Assembly (NCBI GenBank): GCA_036386475.1
Contig: DASVVQ010000046.1
Location: forward strand, 8,624-72,623
Direction: 5' to 3'
Length of the DNA stretch: 64,000 bases
Source of the DNA: Allosphingosinicella sp.
Lineage (GTDB): Bacteria > Pseudomonadota > Alphaproteobacteria > Sphingomonadales > Sphingomonadaceae
Below, in pieces: positions 1-8,186 of this stretch. Made by a program: the position numbers and the translations under genes. The notes below the pieces were generated by a model. That model searched no databases. It saw only the letters and a list, made by a program, of their open reading frames with translations, and was not told where the DNA came from. How positions within the stretch are numbered: position 1 is the stretch's first letter; every line of letters starts with the position of its first letter.

Positions 1-545
1 AGCACCGAGCCGTCCGTGTCGGTGAACACGAAATGGCCGCTGCTGTGATCGCTGCCGATGAATTCGAGGCTGTGCCCGCCGAAATTGACCGGCGCATAGG
101 TGCCTACGAACCCGCCCGTGGGATTGGTGCTGCCGCCGATGAAGCCGATCGAGCGGCTGCCGATCGTCACGCTGTAGAGATAATTCTCCATCCCCGGCGG
201 CGGTTGCTGCCAGGGCGTTTCGACGATGCTGTTGCCGATCCGGATGTTGAGGTTGTTGCTCCAGCCTTGCGTCGGGGTGCCCGAATAAGCCGAGAAGCCC
301 TGGTCGAGGCTGCTGAGATAGGTCCGCTCGAGAGTCAGGCCGACGGGGAAGTCGACGCCGCCGATCGCGAGGTCGCGCTCGGCGTGCGAAAAGGCGCCCG
401 TCGCGAAGCTGACGCCGGTTGGGCTCTGCGTATCCTGGCGCGGCGGCGGAGTCGGCCCGCTTTCGGCCGCGGCCGGCGCGATCCAGCTGGCAGTTGTCAG
501 CAGGGCGCAGGAAAGGGCTCCCGCCCGAAGCAAGTTGTGGGTCAT
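1..545 (-). CDS. RHS/YD-repeat protein, N-terminal part (signal peptide plus DUF6531-like domain); runs off the left edge
   Basis: Not in the ORF track; translated by hand from ATG at 545 (GGAG RBS upstream): MTHNLLRAGALSCALLTTASWIAPAAAE...TGVSFATGAFSHAERDLAIGGVDFPVGLTLERTYLSS...QGWSNNLNIRI. The TG-x-DL-x-L-x-RTY-S...GW pattern is typical of RHS N-termini. The frame stays open to base 1. Confidence 0.75.
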   Translation of the reverse strand, partial: MTHNLLRAGALSCALLTTASWIAPAAAESGPTPPPRQDTQSPTGVSFATGAFSHAERDLAIGGVDFPVGLTLERTYLSSLDQGFSAYSGTPTQGWSNNLNIRIGNSIVETPWQQPPPGMENYLYSVTIGSRSIGFIGGSTNPTGGFVGTYAPVNFGGHSLEFIGSDHSSGHFVFTDTDGSV

Positions 546-619
546 CGTCTTTCTCCAGTCTCGCGCCGGGGGCGCGTGCCGCCTTTCGCCTCTCCGGCGA
601 GCGGCGGCGGTTCAGGCCG

Positions 620-859
620 TCACTGGCCGGTCTTGGTCTCGCGGCGGGTGCGGTTGTCGGCCTTGTCGTGCTCGTATTCGGTCGCGGTCTTGACGATGTT
701 GGTGGCCGTGTCGCTCCGTTCCACCTTCACCAGCCGCCCGCGGGCGTCGTAGCGGTAGCGGATCGTCTCGCCCGCCAAAGCGGCGGTGGCGGCGACGGCG
801 AGCGCCGCGGCGCCGACCAAAGCGGCGCGCTTCAGCCGCAGGGCTTCTTTCCGGTCCAT
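620..859 (-). CDS. Small secreted YD-repeat protein
   Basis: MDRKEALRLKRAALVGAAALAVAATAALA signal peptide, then ETIRYRYDARGRLVKV...YEHDKADNR (YD-type repeats). Lies directly upstream of the RHS gene on the same strand. Confidence 0.7.
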   Translation of the reverse strand: MDRKEALRLKRAALVGAAALAVAATAALAGETIRYRYDARGRLVKVERSDTATNIVKTATEYEHDKADNRTRRETKTGQ

Positions 860-1020
860 TTGGGCATCCCTTCCGGTTCCTTCCGGCGACTCGGGAGCGA
901 GTCGCGTCCTGGAACGGAGAAAGAACATCCGAAGTCCTATTATGCAAGGGGTGGGCGAAATAATAATCCTATTGGGTTACTCATGCGGTGGCCGGCGCGG
1001 CGCCGGGTGCCGCCCCGCGG

Positions 1021-1036
1021 TTAACGCGCTCTTTAC
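1021..1036 (+). promoter_or_regulatory. Possible CtrA-like box
   Basis: TTAA-cgcgctc-TTTAC is one mismatch from TTAA-N7-TTAAC and lies upstream of a pilin-like gene. Confidence 0.3.
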
Positions 1037-1099
1037 CACTTCCGTTTACCGCTCGGCCTCGCAGGGAACGCGAGCGGCATCGGGATCGCGCGCGGCGTC

Positions 1100-2035
1100 A
1101 TGGGAGCAGGTGTGGAGCAGGCCGCGGCGAAGCTGGTGCAATGGGCGCTTGCCTTCGCGGCGATGCTCGCCTCGGCGCTCGCCGTCGCGCCCGGCGGCGC
1201 TTCGGCCGCGGTGTCGAACTGCTCGGTGACCTCGACCGGCCTCATCTTCTCGTCCTACAACACCCAGACCAAGGCCGCGGTCGACGGCACCGGCACCCTC
1301 AGCGTCACCTGCGACGGCAGCGGCAACAACAGCCTCAACCTCAGCCTCACCGGCGGCCACCTCAACAGCTGCGCCAATCGCCAGATGCGCAGCGGATCGA
1401 ACCCGCTCAACTACCAGATCTTCCGGACCGCGGCCCGGACGACCAACTTCTGCGACGGCGGCAACCGGCTCGACATCGCCTTCGATTTTCCGTCCGGAAC
1501 GACGCGGATGACCCGCAGCTATTCCATGTTCGGCCGTGTCCTGGCCAACCAGAATCCGGTCTTCGCCACCAATTTCACCGATGTCCTGAGCGTCATCCTG
1601 CGGCGCTCCAACGGCACCAGCGCCGCAACCGGCACGACGACGATCTCCGGCAGCGTCTCGCCGATCTGCTCGGTCTCGTCCGGCACTTTGGGCTTCGGCA
1701 ATTACAACGGCACCGCCGCCGTCCTGTCCACCGCCGCGGTGCTGGTCAATTGCTCGAACGGCGGCACCTACCAGGTTTCGCTCGGCGCGGGCGCGAACGC
1801 CGACGGCACCACCCGCCGCATGGCCGGCCCCTCCTCCTCCTTCCTCGGCTACGAGCTCTACCGCGACAGCGCCCGCTCGCTCGCCTGGGGCGACGGCGCC
1901 GCCTACGGCGCGCGCGTGTCGGGCACCGGCTCCGGCTCGGCCCAGACGCTCACCGTCTACGGCCGCATCCCCGCCGGCCAGAACGTCGCCGTCGGCAGCT
2001 ATTCCGACAGCGTCGTCGTCACCGTCGAATATTAG
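1100..2035 (+). CDS. Csu-type fimbrial protein with two spore coat protein U (SCPU) domains
   Basis: Signal peptide, then two domains with CSV...C, L-x-Y-x-LY/IF and the C-terminal YGRIPAGQNVAVGSYSDSVVVTVEY motif characteristic of SCPU/CsuA-B pilins. Confidence 0.85.
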   Translation: MGAGVEQAAAKLVQWALAFAAMLASALAVAPGGASAAVSNCSVTSTGLIFSSYNTQTKAAVDGTGTLSVTCDGSGNNSLNLSLTGGHLNSCANRQMRSGSNPLNYQIFRTAARTTNFCDGGNRLDIAFDFPSGTTRMTRSYSMFGRVLANQNPVFATNFTDVLSVILRRSNGTSAATGTTTISGSVSPICSVSSGTLGFGNYNGTAAVLSTAAVLVNCSNGGTYQVSLGAGANADGTTRRMAGPSSSFLGYELYRDSARSLAWGDGAAYGARVSGTGSGSAQTLTVYGRIPAGQNVAVGSYSDSVVVTVEY

Positions 2036-2044
2036 AGGGGCCGG

Positions 2045-2342
2045 ATGCGCGGCATCGCCCGCTCCTTGCCCAGCATCAGCTCAGCCATCGCCGCGCGCCT
2101 CGCCCTTCGGACCCCCGGTGACAGTCACGTACCTGTCCGACTACGCTGTTCCGATGCCCTCGTCCGGCGCGGATTTCCGGCCGCCGGGATCGGCATTCGC
2201 GCGTTCGGCGAGACCCGCCCGCTGATCGAGACGCCGCGGCGTTGCCGAACTCTCGAACCGCTACGTCGGGATTCTCATCAAGGAAATGGCCCGCCCCCGC
2301 TTGCCCGCCGGCCCTGCCTCCGTGCTGAAACCGGCCCCGTGA
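2045..2342 (+). pseudogene. Frameshifted OmpA-like C-terminal domain remnant
   Basis: DALVRRGFPAAGIGIRAFGETRPLIETP continues, after a frameshift near 2237, as GVAELSNRYVGILI. Restoring 2 nt gives ETPDGVAELSNRYV, matching the OmpA GExRP...TxDGVxExxNRRV motif. The upstream part is also disrupted. Confidence 0.45.
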
Positions 2343-2429
2343 TTCGCCGGGCGACGGCCATATTCAATTGGAACGGCCGCATGGGGAGTTGCCCGGACCC
2401 CGCGAAAGTACCACTCTTGCGGGAATGCG

Positions 2430-2957
2430 TTACCCCGGCCGCCGCGCCAGATACAAACAGCTCAGCGTATAAGCCCCCTGGTCCGAGTAAGACCCCGTCA
2501 GCCCCACCTGGATCAGTCCCCCCACCGCATGCTGCGGCTGCGGCCCGTTGGCGCCGTAGCCGTCGGCGCTCCACAGGCACTGGCTGTTGGCCGGGCAGTG
2601 ATAAATAAAGCCGCCGCCGGTCGGATAGGCGGCCTCGAAGGCGCGGCGGTAGCTATGCTGGTAATTCACCGGCAGCTCGTAGGAGAAGCTCCACATCACT
2701 CCCGGGTCGCGCATCACCGTGACCGCCGAGGGCGTCGCGCCGAGCACGCTCAAACCCGCGGGCCGGAAACGCTGCGGATATTGCTCGGCGCCGCCTGCGC
2801 CGGGCAGCCGCCCCTGGCGCGCCAGCAAGGCCTGCGCCGCGGCGATGGTCGGCGGACAGTCGCTCCCCGCCGCCGCCGCCGGCGCCGCCGCGCCGCCCAG
2901 CAATGCGAGCGCGACGCCCGCCTTCCCCGCTTGTCCCGAAATTCCGCCAGCCGGCAT
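2430..2957 (-). CDS. Hypothetical secreted protein
   Basis: Hydrophobic Ala-rich leader (GKAGVALALLGGAAAPAAAA) followed by a globular, Cys-containing sequence. No family recognised. Confidence 0.55.
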   Translation of the reverse strand: MPAGGISGQAGKAGVALALLGGAAAPAAAAGSDCPPTIAAAQALLARQGRLPGAGGAEQYPQRFRPAGLSVLGATPSAVTVMRDPGVMWSFSYELPVNYQHSYRRAFEAAYPTGGGFIYHCPANSQCLWSADGYGANGPQPQHAVGGLIQVGLTGSYSDQGAYTLSCLYLARRPG

Positions 2958-3183
2958 GTTCGATCCTCCCCTGCGACGCCCGAGACTAGCCGCGCTTCGA
3001 GCCGAAGCAAGCCGCTCCGCGCTCTCGCGTTCCGGCCGATGGTCCAGGCCTATCCTGAGCGCCTGCAAAGGCGCCCGAAGGGCGTGAAATGGTCCAGCGT
3101 GCGCGAAGACGTCCAACTTGCCCCGGAAGATCCGCCTGCCGCGGGAGAGGAGACGAGGCTGCTCCGCCCCCGCCCCTTCGCGG

Positions 3184-4203
3184 TCACTTCCCAGGACCGG
3201 CGCTATCGGCCGCCGGCGCCGCGCCCGCACCCGCACCCGCCCCCGCCTTCGGCTTTACCAGCTTGCGCACCGCCGCGAACAGAGCCCCCGCCGCGGTGAC
3301 GAGCGCGGCGAGCGCGGCCAGCGCCTTGGTCCAGCCTTCGCCCTGCTCGGTGGCGTTCTTCGCGGCTTCGAGCGAGCGCGTGCCGGGACGCAAAGTCACC
3401 CGCACGCTCGCCGTCGCCTCATATTCCTCGAGGTCGGCGCTCGGACCGCCGGGCGCAGCGAGGCGCGGGCGGGCGACGACGCGCAGGGTGCGCGGGCCCT
3501 CGGCGCCGACCGGCTTGACGGTCCAGTTCCACGACGCGGTCCGCTCCGGCCCGGCGCCCCTCTCGATCCAGCCCGCCGGCTCGATCTCGAAGCCCTCGCC
3601 GGTCAGCTGCGCGACCATCGTCGAGGCCGCCTGCACGCGCACCTCGGCGCGGACCTGTCCGGGCGCCGCCGCCGTCGCCGGGCTTTCGGGGCGGCGCAGC
3701 AAGGCGCGGACGTCGGCGCGCTCGTCGCGGTACATCTGCGCCGGGGCGATGAGCTCGAGCCGGCGGGCCTGGAGCGCGCCGCGCTGGCGCTGCAGCGTGT
3801 CGCAGTGCCGCACCGAGACATAGGCCTCGACAAGCTCGCAATATTCCTCCCCGCTCGCGCCGCCGCCGGCCGGGGCAGCCGCCAGCCGCGGCCGCGTCGC
3901 CGACGCGCGCGGCGGCGCCGAGCCGCCGACCGGCACTTCGGGCGCGCCGTCGTCCGTCCCCATGTCGTTGAAGTCGGCGCCCGTGTTCATGCTCTCGTCG
4001 ATCGCCATGGCGTTGTTGCCGCCGTCGCCGCCGTCCCAAACCGGCGGCGGCCCGTCGATTTCGTAGGCGCCGTTCACCGCATCGACGGCATTGACGATAT
4101 CGGGCGGCGCCGGCTGCTGGCGACCGTTGCGGCCCGCGCAGCCGGACGCGGCCGCCAGGCTCGCCGCCGCCGCGAGCGCGAGGATCCACTTCGTGCCGCG
4201 CAT
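3184..4203 (-). CDS. Hypothetical lipoprotein with a beta-rich C-terminal domain and C-terminal membrane helix
   Basis: MRGTKWILALAAAASLAAASGC lipobox-like leader; acidic/Pro-rich linker; MVAQLTGEGFEIEP...ASWNWTVKP...TLRV beta domain; hydrophobic WTKALAALAALVTAAGALFAAVRK near the end. Confidence 0.75.
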   Translation of the reverse strand: MRGTKWILALAAAASLAAASGCAGRNGRQQPAPPDIVNAVDAVNGAYEIDGPPPVWDGGDGGNNAMAIDESMNTGADFNDMGTDDGAPEVPVGGSAPPRASATRPRLAAAPAGGGASGEEYCELVEAYVSVRHCDTLQRQRGALQARRLELIAPAQMYRDERADVRALLRRPESPATAAAPGQVRAEVRVQAASTMVAQLTGEGFEIEPAGWIERGAGPERTASWNWTVKPVGAEGPRTLRVVARPRLAAPGGPSADLEEYEATASVRVTLRPGTRSLEAAKNATEQGEGWTKALAALAALVTAAGALFAAVRKLVKPKAGAGAGAGAAPAADSAGPGK

Positions 4204-4269
4204 CTCACCCCCCTCGCGAACCCACCCCAGTCCGCGGGCACAGCCTAGCAAGCCTTCCCGGAGAGGGCC

Positions 4270-4510
4270 AGCGCGACAAAGCCTCACTTCCTGCGCACAA
4301 AACAAGGCTTGTGCGATCTCGGCCGCTCCAGGAACCGTTGGCTCTTAGAAGACGCTGTCCCGAGCCCATAAAAGGCTCACGGCTGTCGCTTCTGAAGATA
4401 AATATGCCGCAAGCCGACGCTCTAGCGTCACTCTCGACCCCGCTCGGAGCCCAACTTCTCCCGCGCAGCGACGTCTCGGAGTGGCAAACCGAGCGTAGCT
4501 GAAGGACGAC
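4270..4510 (-). pseudogene. Possible heavily decayed serine recombinase N-terminal relic
   Basis: SFSYARFATP in one frame, then ETSLRGRSWA...SLVLCAGSEALSR in another, loosely resembling YxRxST...DSLxRQ...LxVExLDRLSR. Several lesions must be assumed, so this may be chance. Confidence 0.25.
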
Positions 4511-4560
4511 GGCCTCGAGTCGCGCCTGCTCCCCACAGAGCGAACCCCCCGGAATTGCGA

Positions 4561-4590
4561 AGGGCCCGCCATTCCGGCGGGCCCCTTTCC
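4561..4590. terminator. GC-rich hairpin, candidate intrinsic terminator
   Basis: agggcccgcc-attc-cggcgggccc followed by ctttcc; lies downstream of the 830-aa gene. Confidence 0.45.
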
Positions 4591-4592
4591 GA

Positions 4593-4660
4593 TCATCCTG
4601 AGGAGCGGCTGAGCCTGTCGGAGTCGAAGACGACCGCAGGTGAAGCCCGTCTCGAAGGAC
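4593..4660. repeat. REP-like palindromic element (TCATCCTGAGGAGCG...CGTCTCGAAGGA type)
   Basis: tcatcctgaggagcggctgagcctgtcg...gcccgtctcgaaggac. The inner GAGCCTGTCG also occurs in the element at 60421. Confidence 0.55.
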
Positions 4661-4743
4661 ACCTCTGTGAGCTGACCACAAAGCGCCGCACCAGCGTGAC
4701 GCTTTCAAGCGTTTTTACCGTGTTGGATTTACCAGCTGCGCTT

Positions 4744-7236
4744 TTACGGTACCGCAGGGTCGGACAGGAAATTGCTGTATAGGCGGACGAGGTCGAGATC
4801 GCTCGGCGCGATCACGCGCCGATATGCGGGGGCCGCGCGGCCGAGCGAAGCGACGAGCTCCACCAGCCGCCTGCCCTTCGCGCCGGGAAATGGCGCGGTT
4901 CGATCACGTACGGTCCTGATTGCCTCAAAGTTGAGAAGGCTGATGGGCTTGAGCTCGTCTGAATGCTTGTAGAATGGGTGAACGTAATCCTCTGCGAATG
5001 CCGCAAACTCGTCATCGAGAGTGTCCGATGGAACGGAGGCAATATACTGCATCACCCGTCCCGAGACGGTGTTCACGGCCGCTTGGAGCATAAGCCTACT
5101 TCGCTTTCTGGCGAACGCCTGATCGCCGGCGAAGTCAGATTCCTTGAGTGTGGCAAAGGCTGCTTTGAGGTCGCTTCTTCCCCCCTGCAGCAGCGCCGCG
5201 ACCTCCCCAAGTTCGGCATCGTCTGAGAAGTGAGACCATGTTTCCGCGCGTTGGAACCGTTCGACCGCTAAAAGATGGAGTGCGGCTGCGAGCTGAAGCG
5301 TTCCGCGCTCCAACAGGGCGCGTCCGCGTCGCAAAGGTGACAGGACAAGGCCCTGATCGTCGCCCGGGGTCAGCAATCGATAAGCCCGGCGATATTCCTC
5401 GATCGAAAGACAATCAAATCGAACTGCCAGGCCATATAGATAGCGAAGTTCGATAACGATCCCCTCGTCCCCGCCAGCCTGGGTCGGCAGCTCTGCTTTG
5501 CCCTCCTGGGCAGCGGCCTGGCTGCCATGGACGGCGAGCCGTTTCGCCTGCGCCCACCCTCCGAGCGACATCATCAGTACGATCGCGAACACGATCTGCT
5601 GAGGATCGGGCGACTCCGACGCCTGGCCGCCGCTGAGAACTCGAACGTCCCGGATCGTCGCGTCAATAGGCCCGGACAGCGCACGTTCCAGACGCAGATC
5701 CAGATTGTCGCCAAGACTTATCAGCAACTGGACGACGCTCCGAACGCGATCGAATCCCCGTGCGCGCTCTTGCATGTCCTGTCGCTCGTGGCGTGCGTCC
5801 TCGGCAAGCGCCGCCAAAGCACTCCACATGTGATCGATCTCAAGGTTAGCCACGATGTTGTTCTGCGCTGCAAGCAGATCACCGCCGGCTTGATCGATCG
5901 CAGCGCGCAGTATTTGATCCTGATGCCTCCGTCGCCCTTCGACGACCGGCAGCGTAATAAGGATAGAGTTCCCATACGCCAGCCGCCAGATTCTAACAAT
6001 TTCTGCCAAGGCAGGCGTATTGATCCACCTTAGGTGCTTCTCGAGCAAGCTCATTTCCGACGAGCTACTGCCACGCACAGAAGTTGCACCGAGAGCGATT
6101 TGCTTCGCAAGCACTTCAACAAAGCGGGGCCTCAAGCTGATCGGATCGAGAAACACGTCGAGCGAGGAAACAATGTCCCTGAACGTCGCAGTGCTTTTCT
6201 TGTCGTCAATATTAAGACCGAAGGCAGATGAATACGCACGTAAGTTAATCAAGGGCAGATACTGGATTGCATGCCTCAGCAAATATGGACCGGCGACAGC
6301 CTTTTCTAAATACCATATGGAATAAGCGCGGTGTACGAAGGTTGTGCCGGTAATTAGCACGGCGCGCTGGGCCTCAGGCAGTTTGCGGTTGAGGCTGATG
6401 AGGTCGGCAAGGGTACACGCATCTGCAAGTATTCTATCTCTAACGTGCTCAGATAGCTGGTTGTAAATCTCAAGGCCGCTCTTCTCCGAGACGTAGGGCT
6501 GCCCCTCCCGCTCGCTTGCGAGGCGGGCACACCACTCCGTGACGCGCACAAGAGAACGGCTTTCGGCGACATCGCGGTAAGCAGGAATTACCCGAGCGCC
6601 GGTCCATTTGCCCTTCGCGCGCGCGAGAGCCAGCACGGTCTCGGCTGAACGATACTTTTGGGGGTTGCGCGTCTCATAAGCGCGCTCGAAGAGCTGCATC
6701 GTAAGCGATGATGCCCGCTCACATAATTCTAGGATCTCCGTGTCCGTATAGCCAGCGCCCGATTTGGCGATTATTTCTGACGAAAACTCCCGCAGCGCAG
6801 CTTGTATCTCCGCATCGTCTTCGACGGGAGGAGGCCCCAGGTCCGGATCCTGCCCGCGCCGCAGTATCGCAGCTCTAATTTTTTCGACCTCGCGGTTATG
6901 CATATCCGACAAGTAGACGGGTTCGCCTCTCTGGGCAGGCAGGCGCTGCGACAAAATGTACTCAGTCGTTGCATACTCCGCAGGGATATGGACTGGAGTG
7001 GCGTTCACTTCTTCAAACAAGTCTAGTTGTACAGCTCGAGGTGATGCTGACAAGCTCCGCTCTGCCCGTTTACTGGGTGTTTCGAGGTAAAGTCCGACGA
7101 CATCGGCATCAATAAAGTACAGGATCTTGTTGCTAGTTGAATCGCCCCAGCGATTGTCAAGTGAGTTTAAATGCGTCGATATTTTGAGTGCGATGAGGCT
7201 ATTCACCATCATCCGGGCAGTGACGGGGCCGGTCAT
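4744..7236 (-). CDS. 830-aa hypothetical protein with putative PIN-like N-terminal domain and helical (TPR-like) C-terminal region
   Basis: Long ORF with an ATGA overlap to the upstream gene. ILYFIDADVV (aa 38-47), HNREV (aa 113-117) and ADACTLA...AVLITG (aa 271-297) resemble PIN-domain motifs. The remainder looks alpha-helical. Confidence 0.7.
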   Translation of the reverse strand: MTGPVTARMMVNSLIALKISTHLNSLDNRWGDSTSNKILYFIDADVVGLYLETPSKRAERSLSASPRAVQLDLFEEVNATPVHIPAEYATTEYILSQRLPAQRGEPVYLSDMHNREVEKIRAAILRRGQDPDLGPPPVEDDAEIQAALREFSSEIIAKSGAGYTDTEILELCERASSLTMQLFERAYETRNPQKYRSAETVLALARAKGKWTGARVIPAYRDVAESRSLVRVTEWCARLASEREGQPYVSEKSGLEIYNQLSEHVRDRILADACTLADLISLNRKLPEAQRAVLITGTTFVHRAYSIWYLEKAVAGPYLLRHAIQYLPLINLRAYSSAFGLNIDDKKSTATFRDIVSSLDVFLDPISLRPRFVEVLAKQIALGATSVRGSSSSEMSLLEKHLRWINTPALAEIVRIWRLAYGNSILITLPVVEGRRRHQDQILRAAIDQAGGDLLAAQNNIVANLEIDHMWSALAALAEDARHERQDMQERARGFDRVRSVVQLLISLGDNLDLRLERALSGPIDATIRDVRVLSGGQASESPDPQQIVFAIVLMMSLGGWAQAKRLAVHGSQAAAQEGKAELPTQAGGDEGIVIELRYLYGLAVRFDCLSIEEYRRAYRLLTPGDDQGLVLSPLRRGRALLERGTLQLAAALHLLAVERFQRAETWSHFSDDAELGEVAALLQGGRSDLKAAFATLKESDFAGDQAFARKRSRLMLQAAVNTVSGRVMQYIASVPSDTLDDEFAAFAEDYVHPFYKHSDELKPISLLNFEAIRTVRDRTAPFPGAKGRRLVELVASLGRAAPAYRRVIAPSDLDLVRLYSNFLSDPAVP

Positions 7237-8171
7237 GCAGCTTCTCGAACCGTATAATCAGGAACATATCTTTCAAGTGTCTGCCACCAGCTCTCCTTTT
7301 CTTCTAAACGAATAAATTCCTCGGCCATCGTATACGCGTCAGTGACGCTCTCGCGCGGTCGCAAGGCAAGAAAATCATGCACAAGGATCGAGTGCTGGTG
7401 AAGGTCTAATGTTATGGTCAGGGCTGCATCTGTCGTCACATAGTCGCCACTGAACTCAAGTCTCGCACCCGGCAGATTCCGGCCAAACAAAACCTCCAAG
7501 ACGGGTTCATGTTCGGGACTTCTGCCGCTTGCGAGCCCCGTCAGAACTGCAAGGTGACGGCCGTCGGCACATAGCGCGCCTAACGTAATTGCTAGTATAT
7601 TGTCGCCCGCGTCGGCCATGGCATTTACCTCGGCCAGTCGAGCGAGTGCTGCATCGAGCCAGACCTCGGGATCCTCCTCGATTTCAGTGCGAAGAAATGG
7701 TATTGCCAGTTCAACCGCGAGGTTCTCGTCGTCAACGCAGTTCTTCAACCCTTCCTCGAACCTGCTTCGAAGTTTGGCCTGCTGTCGAGCGCCCACCGAA
7801 GCGACACGCTGGAGTAGGTAGGGAGATGCGGACGCGAACTCCCCGCGGACGAGTTTGAGCAACAGGATGTGATTTGTAGCGGGACTACCGAAATAGTCGA
7901 TGAGCCGAACCAGCGCAGTCATCACGGCATCTGCGAAATCAGCATCGAAGCGGTGCAGCGTCGTGTCCGCCAGGGCTTCCGCCAGCGCCTGCTTCATCGG
8001 CAGGCCCAGCCTGGCGGATTGCAGCTGCTTGGCAAGTTGGGGAATTGGATCGCGGGCCGATTCCAGGGTTAGGCCCGGAAATTCATATCCGGTCGGGGGT
8101 CCGTCTGTTCCATAGACCCTGTGGAGGGCATCAACGAGCCAGGGGGCTGTAATTTGGTGGGGGGATATCAT
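7233..8171 (-). CDS. 312-aa hypothetical helical protein
   Basis: ORF sits 15 bp after the upstream stop and overlaps the next start (ATGA). Leu/Ala/Glu-rich; no family recognised. Confidence 0.7.
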   Translation of the reverse strand: MISPHQITAPWLVDALHRVYGTDGPPTGYEFPGLTLESARDPIPQLAKQLQSARLGLPMKQALAEALADTTLHRFDADFADAVMTALVRLIDYFGSPATNHILLLKLVRGEFASASPYLLQRVASVGARQQAKLRSRFEEGLKNCVDDENLAVELAIPFLRTEIEEDPEVWLDAALARLAEVNAMADAGDNILAITLGALCADGRHLAVLTGLASGRSPEHEPVLEVLFGRNLPGARLEFSGDYVTTDAALTITLDLHQHSILVHDFLALRPRESVTDAYTMAEEFIRLEEKESWWQTLERYVPDYTVREAA

Positions 8172-8186
8172 CCAGCCATCCGTCCG

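Noticed and set aside
33-1024. Plus-strand ORFs 33-752 and 419-1024
   Set aside because: Antisense shadows of the RHS and YD genes; Arg/Ala-rich with no motifs.
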